Positions 40,725-53,299 of a stretch of 64,000 nucleotides of DNA are shown one piece after another. The first letter of the stretch is position 1. Each line of letters starts with the position of its first letter. This DNA comes from Octopus vulgaris. Its lineage: Eukaryota. A model generated the notes under the pieces. That model saw only the letters and a program-made list of their open reading frames with translations, did not search any database and had not been told where the DNA came from. The stretch covers positions 132,618,001 through 132,682,000 of the forward strand of contig OX597817.1 of assembly GCA_951406725.2 (NCBI GenBank), written 5' to 3'. Made by a program: the position numbers and the translations under genes.

Positions 40725-40915
40725 ACGGGTAATATTGACTGCGAGCTCGAACTTTAGGCCAGTTAAACCCTCAGCGAAGTGACTATGGTTTAACGGGCTG
40801 AAACTTCAAAGTCGCTATTCTAGAACATTACCGTAGAAGAAAAATAAATTTGCACTCAACAAAGTATTCATATTAATACAGAATTGTTTTTATTATAACT
40901 GAATGTAAAAACAAA
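40725..40915 (+). mobile_element. Probable pLTR/3' end of the Neptune-like element with degenerate hammerhead
   Basis: CTGCGAG...GCCAGTTAAACC/GGTTTAACGGGC stem-TGAAAC...GTC; AATAAA; ends at (TA)n. Confidence 0.45.
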
Positions 40916-40936
40916 CATATATACATATATATATAC

Positions 40937-40980
<44 letters not shown>

Positions 40981-40983
40981 ACG

Positions 40984-41023
<40 letters not shown>

Positions 41024-41024
<1 letters not shown>

Positions 41025-41190
41025 TTGAAATTTACAGAATAACAAAAAATGAAGACAAGTATATAAAAAATAAACAGCTATATTAGTTTAACGCTCGGGA
41101 AGACGTTTCGAGCCTACGCTCTTCAATGGAAAGGAACACGAGAAAATAAACAGAGAGAGAATAAAAAACTTTTGGAGCCAGCGGTCAAAT
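41024..41190 (-). mobile_element. Family C copy
   Basis: TATTAGTTTAACGCTCGGGA...ACGTTTCGAGCCTACGCTCTTCAATGGAAAGGAACAC. Confidence 0.75.
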
Positions 41191-41359
41191 ATGAAGAGAG
41201 AGGGGGCGGATAAAAACCATTTATGTAGTGCTTTCATCTCTTTGAGAAATTCGAATCCCTCGAAGAGCGAAAAGCGCTAGATAGATGTTTTATACTCAAA
41301 TCCTTTTTCTTCTTTATATACATATATATATTGAATAATAATATAAATATAATTATAAT

Positions 41360-41630
41360 TAAGTGTATTGGAGAGGTACCACCATGCTACATATCGAAGT
41401 CAAAACTGATTCTAAAACCACATCATGTATTCATATAAGACAGGTGAAAAGATATACGAACAAAGAAATTAGCAAAAGATTAATAGTTATTCCCAGATCG
41501 ACGGTTTCTAGCTTTGTAATAAAATACTTCGTCTTCATCAGCAGAGATATACCAAGATTAGTACTATCGGTTTTTTTCCGGGCTGGCCCCTTGATATCAT
41601 CGTTATTTTAAATAATGGTCTTATCCTCTT
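41360..41630 (-). mobile_element. AT-tract-flanked element with hammerhead core
   Basis: Minus 41541-41497: CTGATGA-AGAC...GCTA-GAAA-CC-GTC. Confidence 0.45.
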
Positions 41631-41639
41631 TATATATAT

Positions 41640-41848
41640 AGTTGGAATTTACAAAAAAAAAAAAAAAAAGACGAAGACGGGTGTGTAAACAACAAACAGA
41701 TCTGTTAGTTTATCGCTCGGGTAGTGAGAAAGTCTTTTACGTTTCAAGCCTACACTTTTCAGCAGAAAGGAACACAGAAATAAACAAGGAGAGAAAATAG
41801 AAAAAGGTATAGTGGCTAGCGATCAGTCATGGCGAATGCCGGACAGGC

Positions 41849-41849
<1 letters not shown>
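41640..41849 (-). mobile_element. Family C copy between (TA)n tracts
   Basis: Minus CCTTT-CTGCTGA-A-AAGT-GTAG-GCTT-GAAA-CG-TA-AAAGA. Confidence 0.78.
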
Positions 41850-41891
<42 letters not shown>

Positions 41892-42240
41892 CTTGATGCA
41901 CACTCTAACCTTTCTGTCCCATCCCTTTCATTCATTCTTTGATTTCCTTTTCCTCTACTTAACTTGCCTCTTCCTCTCTCATTCTTCATCTCTCTCCCCT
42001 CTCATTCTTCATGGTTTCCTCCAACCATTCCCCTATATATATATCCTGTTTTTGTTATAATATAGCGACTGATATTCTCCTGTCTCTATTACTTTGTTGT
42101 TTAATAAAATGTCCAGTTCCTTTGTTTGTGTCTATGTTTTCGTTTCTCATTGTGTTCGACGTCATTTTGGTGTCCTGTACTCGTATATATATGTATGTAT
42201 ATACGTACATATATGTTTATATATATGCATATGTTTTATT

Positions 42241-42282
<42 letters not shown>

Positions 42283-42289
42283 TTATTTT

Positions 42290-42520
42290 TAAACCACGTA
42301 TTTATTCTATCGTTCTGTTTCGCCGAACCATTATGTTACGAGGAGGTAAATAAACCAACTACGGTTGTCAAGTCGTTGTGGTGGACCGACACAGGCACAA
42401 GCAAACACACACACACGCACATATTTATGATGGCTTCTTTCAATTTCAATCCCCTACTCAGAAGCCTTTGGTCGGCGTTTGGCTGTAACAGAAGAAACTT
42501 GCCCAAGGTGTCACGCACTG
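42290..42520 (-). mobile_element. SINE family A, degenerate
   Basis: TTATTCTATCGTTCTGTTTCGCCGAAC...ACTTGCCCAAGGTGTCACGC. Confidence 0.7.
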
Positions 42521-43049
42521 GTTAGATTTATGTCCATTTATGCATAAAAACAATTTGCGATTAATCTGCTTGACTACTTAATAATTTTTTAATGACGTAC
42601 ATGTTTAATTAATGTTTTAGAAGTAAAAATTTGATAGTGACTTCAAGCTACAGTTTCATCAGAGAGGATGACGAAAGCAAACAAACTGACACCTGAACAT
42701 TTTCTTTCTAAAACTTTAACAAGCACACACACACGCGCGCGCGCAGCACATGCTCGAGTGCGTGCGTGTATGTCGAGCTCTTTTGTATATCTCTCTACGT
42801 GTTTGTTTATACATCTCTTTCCATTTATATATGAGTGTGTGTGTGTGTGTGTGTGTGTGTTAGCATGTGTGCGTGCAGAGGCCGCGTGTGTATATGCCTG
42901 TGTGTGTGTGTGGTCGAATTGGTAAACGCGTCAGATCATCAGTCTTGTTGCCCTGCTGCGTCTGTTTTGATTCCACACAATCCGAGTTTCCATCCTAACA
43001 CAAGTCACCAACAAAAGACAGTTCATTCTGCATCCATCACACTACCGAC

Positions 43050-43520
43050 AAAATGCTTAGCGGTATTTTGCCCGTCGTTCTGATCTGAGTTCAAATTCCA
43101 TCGAGGTCGACTTTGCCTTTCATCTTTTAGGGGTCGATAAATTAAGTACCAGTGAAACACTGGGGTCAATATAATCGAATGGCCCACTCCCCCAAAATTT
43201 CAGGCCTCCTGCCTATAGTAGAAAGGATTATTATTGTTAGCACGCAGAGCGAAATGCTTAGCGGTATTTCATCTGTCACTATATTGTGAGATCAAATTCC
43301 GCCGAGGATGGCTTTGCCTTTCTTCTTTTCGGTGTTGATAAAGTAAGTACCTTCCCCAAATTTCAGACCTTGGGCCTTTAGTAGTAAGTATTATTATGAA
43401 GGCACCGAACTGGCAGAATCATTAGCCTGCAGTGAAAAATGCTTGTGGGTATTTCGTCCGTCTTTACGCTCTGAGTTTAAAATTCCGTCGAGGTCGACTT
43501 CGCCTTTCTTCCTTTCTGAG
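43050..43520 (+). mobile_element. Tandem array of three SINE family B copies
   Basis: Repeated AAATGCTT(AGC/GTG)GGTATTT...AAATTCC..CGAGG...GCCTTTC units separated by (ATT)n. Confidence 0.85.
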
Positions 43521-43674
43521 TAGAAGAGAGTGAAAAATTTCAGGACTTCATGCCTATTCTAGGCATGACTGCCTTACCGCTTCACCAAAATCGCTAGCCA
43601 AGTGCCGAAATTTGAGATTATTATTTTTATTAATAATATTATAATTGAAAACATTTTGATTGGGTTTAATGCAA

Positions 43675-43729
<55 letters not shown>

Positions 43730-44559
43730 CTTTTATTGTATAGCCGAAGGGCGTTCTGTTGTATGTGTACAATTCTAGCTTTCTCCTTTTAGTTTCTGTT
43801 CCTATTTTCGTTCTTGTATACATTCGTTTGCCGTTCCCAGAGGCTTGATGCTTTTACCTTAAGGCCCTGGAACCTGCCGAATTATAGTAGTCTAGGAGAT
43901 AAGGGGTACGAAACAAAAGGACTTTCCGGACTACGACTAATGGGAAAATCGGCTGCGAATGATCCGTGTGTCTTGTTTTCGTCCGGTTTTCGTCTATTTT
44001 TCCGATTGTTATGTGTTGTTCGTTTCCGTTTGTTGGCGTATATACATGTACATGTACTCACACGCGCACAAATGTGTGTGTGTGTGCAATCATTTGCGGC
44101 GGAATCAGTATTAGTACCAAATTGGAATCTTTATATCCAACTTAACGGATATATCTTCTTAGAGCGTTGACTTCTGGGGTTTTGATCTTGCGACGCCCTC
44201 TCACGTTGAACCCAGCAGTATTTAGTGTTCTCATATGATATGAGAAGTTGGATATGAATGTGTGTGTAACAGTGGTCTCAATGCATACCGGCTCTTATCT
44301 TTTCCCTTGTCTACAACATATGTGTGGAGAGGAGAAACTTGCTTCCTAGATGAGGACTCTGTGTGTGTGTGTTAAGGATGGGGGTTAATGCACCCTCACA
44401 CATTCTACATCATATCATGAAAAGCTAAGCATATACTTTAACCAGGTATCGTTCTTTTTCTTGTTTTTTTGTGTGTGTCTTCGTGTTTCTCTCGGAGTCC
44501 ATTTTTTCTTTTATTCGCTGCACAATTCATTCTGCACGACTTTTAAGTTAATTTACTTT

Positions 44560-45757
44560 TGTGTCCATGCCTAACTTAACAGCACCACCTGATAAGACAA
44601 GTCTTGTTGTGGTATCTTGGCCCATTCATGTAGGGTGGGTGGCGGGGTTGTTGAGTGAGTTGTATCCTGGTTGAGGTGGCTTACCTGGTATCCCTTGAAG
44701 AAGTTTGTTTCGTATGAAGGTGATGAAATTTTTTCTTCGTTGCTTTCTTTGTAGACAGCATTAAACCGAGCAGGGCTTGCAGAGGAAAAGAAATTGTGTT
44801 GCAGTGAATTTCCGTGTTGTGAGACTGAATTGTGTAGGAGCACGAATGGCACTTGAGCCCAACCTTCGAGGAATTCTCAGACTAATATTAAGGTCGTTTG
44901 GACAATGTTGGTGATATATATTCTCCACATTGTGTAGACTATGTAGTGATCACAGCAGCGCTTAAGAGAATAAAAATTCAATGTTTTAAAGCGATCCAAA
45001 TAATCAAAAGCAGTCATGTCTTTAATTCATTTAGTGAAGGCTCTCTGGGGTGACTCAGTTTTTCTAATACTTTGCTTTGAGTGGGGAGACCACAGTGGGG
45101 AAGTTGTATTCTAAGTGTGGCTGTACAAGGAGGAGAAGCGGTTCAATGATGACATCCTGCTCTTCGGACTTGAAAGTTTTGAGGATTCAGGAGCTTATCC
45201 AGCGAGGCATATAGAATTGATTTCTGATGTGAGATCTCTGTCAATCTTAAGTACCTGATAGTTACTCGGAAAGAAGAGAATATGGTTGTTTCAGCGCAAT
45301 CTTTCTTCCAATGTGCATGAGTTAACCCCTCATTTAACTGCGTTTTGCTTTTGCCTGCCCATTGGCTTGCAGCATACAGATCAGACTGGAGTTCAGATCG
45401 GTCTTCTCCGTTAATAGTTTTCTTGCAGTTTGCAGTCATCTGCGAATATTGTTACGTTCCTGTGTTTGATGTCGCTTGAGATGTCTTTTATATAGACTAT
45501 AAAGAGAAGCGGTTCCAAAACAGTACCCTGAGGGACACCACTGGACACATTTGCTGGGCTTCATTGGATTCCACCGACCACATGTGTCCAGTTCATCCGG
45601 AAATATTTAATCCAGTGTAGCAGTTTCGCACACAATACAATATTTGACAATTTTGACGGAAGGACATTGTGACCGATTTTGTCGAACGCTGTGCTGAAAT
45701 CAAGATGTATGACAATCCGAGTTCGGTGCTTATAGATCTGGATAACTATGTCTATAA
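44560..45757 (-). pseudogene. CR1/L2-group LINE ORF2 (RT and C-terminus), degenerate
   Basis: LDFSTAFDKIGH...LLHWIKYF; PQGTVLEPLLFIVYIKDI...IFADDCKL; C-terminal NFFSSASPARFNA. Confidence 0.88.
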
Positions 45758-45823
<66 letters not shown>

Positions 45824-46362
45824 ACACACACATACACACACACACACACACATGTTTATGTTTATAAACAACTTACATATAAGTGTTGTGAGACAAATAC
45901 TTTTATACATAGATACGTGTATGCATATATATATATATGTATTTATGCATGTACGTATACACATGTGCGTGGGAATATCTTGGGCAGTTGTTGCTGTCGA
46001 CGTTATATCTTACTATCAATACTAGCTTGTTCTTTTTTTTTTTTCTTTTATTAAATGCAAAGCAGGGTGAAAACAGAAAGCAAGTCAAAAAGATAACGTA
46101 TCTATTGGAGATTTGGTTTGCTGAACGATACGACTGTATCGATAGATGTTTCTAGTTGTTTAGTAAAGATAAGAAGTAATATTAATCTGTTAGCTTCACC
46201 TGAACCCTGACCTAACATCTTCATTAATTCTCAATGTCAGAAAATAGGAAACGGATGATAGTGACACCGGAAAACCTTTTCACGCAAAACCAAGGAAATA
46301 GAAAAGAGAACAGAACGATATTTATGCATTTTATAAAATAGTATATATACATAACATATATC

Positions 46363-46474
<112 letters not shown>

Positions 46475-46571
46475 ATATATGTATTGTATGTATATATGTA
46501 TATACGGGTGTATATAACTGCGCGTGTGTGTATATGTATGTGTATGAACGTATGTACATATATAAATACGC

Positions 46572-46625
<54 letters not shown>

Positions 46626-46724
46626 GTGTGTGTATTTATACTTACATATGAACATGTATACACACACACATATATATATACATACATTTTATATATGTAT
46701 GTATGTGTGTGTACGTTTATTCTG

Positions 46725-47150
46725 TTATTCTTCTACTTATTTCAGTCATTTGACTCTGGCCATGTTGGAGCACCGACTTTAGTCGAATAAATCTACACCT
46801 GGACATATTTTTGTAAGTCCAGTACTTATTCTATAGGTCTATTTTGCCGATCTGCTAAGTTACGGGGGCGTAAACACAACATCGGTTGTCAAGGGATGGT
46901 GGGTGAGACAAACACAGACACACAAATACATGCACACATACATATATACATAAATACATACATATACACACGCATATATATACATACGCAACGGGCTTCT
47001 TTTCAGTTTCCCTCTATCAAATCCACTCAAAAGCTTTTGGTCGGCCCGAGGCTATATTAGAAGACACCTACCCAAGGTGCCACGCAATGAGACTGAACTC
47101 AGAACCATGTGGTTGGGAAGCAAGCTTCTTACCACACAGGCACGCCTGCG
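46725..47150 (-). mobile_element. SINE family A, full length
   Basis: Head reverse complement of CAAGCTTCTTACCACACAGGCACGCC; tail TTTCAGTCATTTGACTCTGGCC. Confidence 0.9.
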
Positions 47151-47169
47151 CCCCTCTCTCTCAATATGT

Positions 47170-47223
<54 letters not shown>

Positions 47224-47246
47224 GTGTGTGTGTATATATATATATA

Positions 47247-48003
47247 TGAGAGGTATTAGTATCAAGGAGACCCAAGGTGGCAGGTAACACGTATTTATTA
47301 CTTAAAATTCTTATCTTTCCTACCTCTCCGCTACTCCTCTCCCATCCTTCATATCTTGACCACCAACTAACACACCTTTTTTCGTTTTTACACTTTCTTT
47401 TCACTCTTTCTTTTTCCTAATTTTCTCTTCTTTTTTCTACATTTTCTGTTCTTGTTTTTATTCTCTCTTCCTCTTTCTTTACTTCTTTTTTCTCACCTTT
47501 TCCTTTTGACCTCTCTCCTCATTTTAACATACACATCTCTTCTCCCCTCTCTATCCACTTACTACTAATACTACATTCCCAAATTTTCATTCACACCACA
47601 AACCCCTTTTGAATGAACAGCACCTGGAATCTACGTCTACACACTTTCCATTTGTGATGACAAAATATGAACTTCTATTAGAATTTACATACCACAGACA
47701 GGAAACATTTCCACCGCTTCTACACAGTACTTTCTTTGAATAATGGAAGTGCAACTATAAGATATTTATATATTTTTTATTTTCATTTCTACATTCATTC
47801 TCCTATTTTCCCTCTATACACCTTATTCGCTTTTCCAAAATAATTCCTTATATTGAACTCTAATATTTCCTTCTATTTAGCCATCTCACATCGTCTCTGA
47901 TGAAGGGATATCCCTAATGTCCCAGAAACAGCTTAAGACTAACTCTCCGTTTACGAATGTCCTGAAAATTCCACAGCCTTGGCTTTGTTGTTTCAGTTTA
48001 TTT
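47247..48003 (+). mobile_element. Family F microsatellite-inserted element with hammerhead near the 3' end
   Basis: Starts TGAGAGGTATTAGTATC..GACCCAA (shared with 52302 minus); GTCT-CTGATGA-AGGGATA...TGTCCCA-GAAA-CAGCT-TA-AGAC at 47893-47939. Confidence 0.75.
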
Positions 48004-48024
48004 GACACACACACACACACACAC

Positions 48025-48125
<101 letters not shown>

Positions 48126-48260
48126 TACTTGCATAGCAAGTAATTTGAATTTGATCTGAGATCGTGTGCTGAAACGAAAACGATTGCAGCGTGGAAGGTG
48201 TTTGTAAGCCATTTAAGAAACACAAAAAGCCCTTCGATTCACTTCAACATTTAAGTTTAA

Positions 48261-48311
48261 TTTGTCAAAATATTTTCGTCGCTTTAAGACCGCGACCTGT
48301 TCACTAACAAA
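48261..48311 (-). ncRNA. Hammerhead-like motif with G3-C8 swapped core
   Basis: TTTGTTA-GTGAACA-G-GTCGC-loop-GCGAC-GAAA-ATAT-TT-TGACAAA; stems I and II fully paired. Confidence 0.6.
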
Positions 48312-48329
48312 AATCCGTGCTGCATCTGC

Positions 48330-48890
48330 AACCCCACCAAGCTTGCTTGGTGAGGAGGGTGTCTATTGGACACCCTGCGGGATGAAAAACAAAACCCATC
48401 AAAGGGCGGAGGAACTCTTAAGAGTCAACGGCCATCCAATAAATGGGGTTTTTTTTCTTAATGCTTAAGGCTGTATCATTCTCGGGGACATAGAAATAAT
48501 CGTGCTGAATACCCGATCGCGCGGTTAAACCATTGGGAGTGAAGGACTCCTAGCCTTAGGAGTAGGTAACTCAGGTATCTGGGATAACTCCAACACAAAA
48601 CCTGCGGTTACCGATGATGTTGACTTGTTCTTCTTTTCGGATTATAGCTGCTGTTGCTTAGTGAGTGGGATTGACTCAGTGCACAGCCTTTCCTCACTTA
48701 AAAAAAAATCTTCTTCCACAAGCATTGCACGATAACAACATTGTTCATGATTGTTGATGGTGTTGTGAGTCTCAACTGAATGGCTGGCTGTAGCCTTAAA
48801 AAGCAAATAAAAGTCACATTCGATCACAGCACCAATAACAGTTAAGCTTCGTGCAATGGCCATACTCGATAACGAGGGGACAGCCATCAT
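48330..48890 (+). mobile_element. Probable RTE-derived non-autonomous retroelement
   Basis: GC-richer non-coding body with hairpin GGGTGTCTATTGGACACCC, ends GGACAGCCATCAT-(GTAT)n; family assignment inferred. Confidence 0.4.
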
Positions 48891-49009
48891 GTATGTATGT
48901 AGGTATGTATGTGAATGTGTGTTTCACTGTGTTGTTTATATACATTTCTGTTTATCTATGTGAACATGTGTATTTCTACATGTGCCTATATTTAATTTCG
49001 GGTGAAAGA

Positions 49010-49400
49010 GTCATTCGACTAAATAGACCCCAGAGTACTTATTTTACCGGCCGTGTAAGGCTGAAATCCAAGGCTGATGATGTCGGGATTTAAATTCAGA
49101 TCATAAAGATGGACGAAATGCCACTAATCATCCTCCCTGGCGCGCTACCGATTCTGCCAGCTTACCGCCTCATTCATTTATCGATCAATATTTTCCTCTG
49201 TATAGAACGTGTGCTGGCAGAATCGTTAGCACACGCTTAGCAGCATTTCATCCGTTTTTTCGTCCTGAGTTCAAATTCCACCGAGCGTGACTTTGCCTTT
49301 CATCCCTTCAGAGTCGAAAAAATAAGTACCAGTTGAGTATCGATGTAACTGACTCATCCCTTTCCCTTGAACTTACTGGCCTTGTGCCAAAATTTGAAAC
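49010..49400. mobile_element. Two family B SINEs head-to-head (minus 49010-49170, plus 49213-49400)
   Basis: GCTACCGATTCTGCCAGC versus GCTGGCAGAATCGTTAGC. Confidence 0.8.
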
Positions 49401-49566
49401 CTTTATTGCTCTCTGCTGATGAGTATAATAGTGGAATGGCGGTGCCACAGCATGGCCGCAGCTCTGAGCTGAAACTAGAGACAAAAAAAGTCGTGCTGGT
49501 CATTCATATGGACACATGACAAATCGATAGTAGAGCCACACACACACACACATATATATTATATTT

Positions 49567-49778
49567 TTTTATTCTTTTATTTGTTTCAGTCATTTGACTG
49601 CGGCCATGCTTGAACTCCGATTTTGATCGAACAAATCGACCCCAGGACTTATTCCTTGTAAGCCTAGTGCTTATTCTATTGGTCTCTTTTGCCGAACTGA
49701 TAAGTTACGAGGACGTAAACACACCAACATCGGTCATCGGTTGTCAAGCGATGGTATGAGGATAAACACAAACACGCA

Positions 49779-49813
<35 letters not shown>

Positions 49814-49930
49814 GACGGGTTTCTTTCAGTTTCCGGCTACAAAATCCACACATAAGGCTTTGGCGGTCTGAGATTATAGTAGAAGACACCTTCCCAAGGT
49901 GCCACGCATTGGGACTGAACTCGGAACCAT
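49567..49930 (-). mobile_element. SINE family A
   Basis: TTGTTTCAGTCATTTGACTGCGGCCATGCT...GGGACTGAACTCGGAACCAT. Confidence 0.88.
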
Positions 49931-49955
49931 ATATATAAATACATACATACATATA

Positions 49956-50888
49956 CCGTAAATCCTCGAGTATACCCCGCCCTTGAGTATAATACGCAGG
50001 GGAATTTTAGGTGGCTGTACCTCCGAAAAACCTAAACCTTGTGTATAACACGCACCCCTTCTCTAATTTGAGGTCTATATAATATCCTTGGTTTGTAAAA
50101 ATGTATACGGTAACGTCCTTTATTATTGCCTTCTTGCCTTCTTTATCTTTAGTATCTGTTTAATTACATCTCTATTTCTTCTTCGTAACCTGACATTGCT
50201 TTCGTCAACATCAGGTTTTTTTCCGGCGGTCCTATTACCATGCTCTTTAGCATATGATATAACTTCAAGTTTAAATGTAACTGGATAAGATCTAGGAAGC
50301 ATTTTATGGGCAAGTAATGTATAAAATGTTTTACCGGAGATTAATGTACAGGTTTAAGTCTCGCTTATAAAAAAAACTTTTGTAAAGACCCACAGTAGTT
50401 CAAACATTTAAGACTGGTATTTAAGTAAGTATCTATTGTTTGCCACGGTAATGATGCAAACTGCCAATACAAACAGCAGAAAGAACTATTCAGCGCTAAA
50501 CTATTAAGCACAATTCGTGTGTAATTAAGCCAGCAGCACCTAGTCGAACAAACACTTCCGCGCATGTGTAATACAATAATAGTGATGTTCTTAACTGATA
50601 TATGGGAATGTAAATATGTTTGCAAATTGTTTTCGTTACATTCTGTGTTCTGAATACTTTTATTTTAATAAATGATGCTTACTGACTTCATTGCTTTCAG
50701 GTTTAGCTTAAGGTATTTTCGCGCCAAACATCACAAAATGCGTCTGAATAAACATTGCCGGAGAGCAAATAGAGACTCGGACATTGCTTAGAGAATATTT
50801 TTTATTTTAACCTCGTATATAGTACGCACTAGGGACTTGACTTTTAAGTTTTGGGGGGAAAATGCGGATTATACTCGAGGATTTACGG
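49956..50888 (-). mobile_element. Non-autonomous pogo element with Brinker-type DNA-binding domain remnant
   Basis: Perfect 19-bp TIR CCGTAAATCCTCGAGTATA, TA flanks; minus from 50302 MLPRSYPVTFKLEVISYAKEHGNRTAGKKPDVDESNVRL. Confidence 0.9.
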
Positions 50889-51118
50889 TATATATATATC
50901 AGATATAAGTTAGAGGTAATGTAACCTTCTAAAAGGTAGATGCATCCAGAGGCACTCCTTGTAATTATCTCAGTATGGTCTTTGTTATAAGGTATACGCT
51001 AGTGAGTAATTTAAAAGGTAAACCGCAGTTTAATGTATATAAAGACGATGGATGAAATGCCACCAAGCCTTCTGCCCGGCGCGCTACCGATTCTACCAGC
51101 TCACCGCCTCATTCAATA

Positions 51119-51571
51119 GAGAAATAAATAACAAGGAGAAGGGGATCTTTAGTGTTATAAAGCCATTATTTAAGTAAGATGAGAGTATGTTAGAGCAAGT
51201 TTACTTTTGCTACCATATATCAGGCTGGGGTAAATATGTATTTACCTCGTTGCAATTGATAGACTTCATCAGAAAGACTAAAAGGCAAAGATAAACAAAA
51301 GGATAATAGAGAGAAAGAAAGCGTGAGGAAAAAAAAACAGGAAAAAGGAAATGTTCAATAATTCGATAGTCTTACATTTTAGTTAGGTTCAAAGTTCAAT
51401 AAATCAGCTGTAGGATAGATGAGAAGAGAGTTATTTGAAGGCAAATACATATTTACCCCAGCCTGATATATGGTAACTGCTGTAAACTTACGCTAACCTA
51501 ATCACATATTAATTAATTAAATAATGGCTTTATAACACTAAAGATCCCCTTCTCATCGTTATTTATTTCTC
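51119..51571 (-). mobile_element. Foldback element with ~130-bp inverted arms and CTGATGA core remnant
   Basis: 51119-51247 versus 51439-51571 (TACCATATATCAGGCTGGGGTAAATATGTATTT and GGGGATCTTTAGTGTTATAAAGCCATTATTT shared); minus CTGATGAAG at 51272. Confidence 0.75.
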
Positions 51572-51575
51572 CAGG

Positions 51576-51607
<32 letters not shown>

Positions 51608-51610
<3 letters not shown>

Positions 51611-51996
51611 TGAGAAGGCAAATCACAGTGACGTTTTTGTGTGCACAGTTTGTGACAGAACATGTCCGTTTTTGCTGGCCTTAAATCTCATCTGCGAACC
51701 CATGGAAAACGAACCTCCACCAATTATTCCGCCTATGTGTCTGTGCACACCTTTGAATGCAATGTATGCCAGAAGGTTTGCAAATCCAACGGAGGCCTCA
51801 AAAGACATTTTAAGATCTACAAAGATCAGAACTTCACTGCAGCTTTTGGTGGTCCAAATCGGACTTGCAATCTATGTGGGTCTCTTTTCAAAACATTGTC
51901 TGGTTTAAAAAGCCACATAAGATGCCACAATGGTTCTAAGATGTAGGTACAGGAGGAGGTCAAACTCTGCAGAAGGAGTACACAACCACCACCATA
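51608..51996 (+). pseudogene. RTE-type LINE 3' end with three C2H2-like fingers
   Basis: CTVCDRTC..AGLKSHLRTH (frameshift), CNVCQKVCKSNGGLKRH, CNLCGSLFKTLSGLKSHIRCH; short 3' UTR; embedded in (TA)n; no TGEKP linkers. Confidence 0.6.
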
Positions 51997-52007
51997 TTTA
52001 TATATAT

Positions 52008-52297
52008 GTTAAATATAATGATATAACAAGGCCAAGGCGTTTTAATATTTCTAGGACATCTATAAAGAGAAAGATAGTCTTACAACTGATTCGGGGATGT
52101 AAAAGATATCCCATAATCAGAGACGATATCACATCATCTCTTATCGCGTTGTTATATCATTTTATTTAACAGATACACATACACGTCTCGCATTGGCCTC
52201 CTCACTCACACTATCATTGAACAGGGAGTCTAATAGCGGTCCTTCCGTAGCACTTAGAGAGCCTTACCTTCCTTTTGGGTCTTCTGGATACCAAAAC

Positions 52298-52302
<5 letters not shown>
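52008..52302 (-). mobile_element. Family F copy (shorter) with degenerate hammerhead
   Basis: Minus 52124-52077 GTCT-CTGATTA-TGGGAT...ATCCCC-GAAT-CAGTTG-TA-AGAC. Confidence 0.72.
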
Positions 52303-52353
<51 letters not shown>

Positions 52354-52371
52354 TATGTGTGTGTGTGTGTG

Positions 52372-52447
<76 letters not shown>

Positions 52448-52874
52448 CATACATATATATACATATATGTATATATATACATACACACACACGCACATAT
52501 ATATATATATGTTATAAGGTATGCTTAAATATGCAAGGGAATAAAAAAATAACCACGATAAAGAGATTTTCAATGGAAATATTTTTAACCATCTGCGTTG
52601 CGTGTTCAAATAAATATTTTGAGGAATATTATGAAAGAATATCTAGTGATCACGTGGGTGGTAAATGTTTTGTTTGTCTGAAAATAGTGGTATTCTGGAT
52701 TGTATGGGAAAATTGGCTAATGGGTTTTTAATCACTAGGTGTGCTAATGGTGGCGGTGGAGGTGAGTTGTTTTAATTATAATGTCGAAGCTTCAGTGGAA
52801 ATTTAGAGGATGCTGTTTTGTAGGACTTTCAATTCATGGAACTCGGTTTCTTCATAAATAGTTGGGGGTAGAGG

Positions 52875-52916
<42 letters not shown>

Positions 52917-53054
52917 TGTTTGTGTGCGTGTGCTTATGTATATATTTTACATAGATATTTATATACATATACATGTTTATATACACACATACATATACAT
53001 ATATATACATACATACACACACACACACAAACACACAAACACACACATGCACAC

Positions 53055-53215
53055 TCGACGTCCGTTGTCAAACTTTCCCTCAAACCAAATTGACCCACAA
53101 GACGTTGGTTGGCCCGGGGCTATTCTACAATTCATTTGCCCATGGTGAAGTACAGTGGGACTGAACCCCTATCCTTGTGGCTGTAAATGAACCTTCTTAA
53201 CTACACAACCACGCG
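53055..53215 (-). mobile_element. SINE family A 5' half, degenerate
   Basis: GTTGGTTGGCCCGGGGCTAT...CAGTGGGACTGAACCC. Confidence 0.65.
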
Positions 53216-53261
53216 TACATATGTGAATGTGTGTGTGTGCGTGCGGGGGGATGTGCGTGTT

Positions 53262-53299
<38 letters not shown>

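Noticed and set aside
44170-44400. Second GIY-YIG C-terminus on the minus strand (RTLNTAGFNVR)
   Set aside because: Too short and degenerate to support
51662-51946. Host C2H2 zinc-finger gene
   Set aside because: Frameshifted, lacks TGEKP linkers and is flanked by (TA)n; fits a LINE tail better
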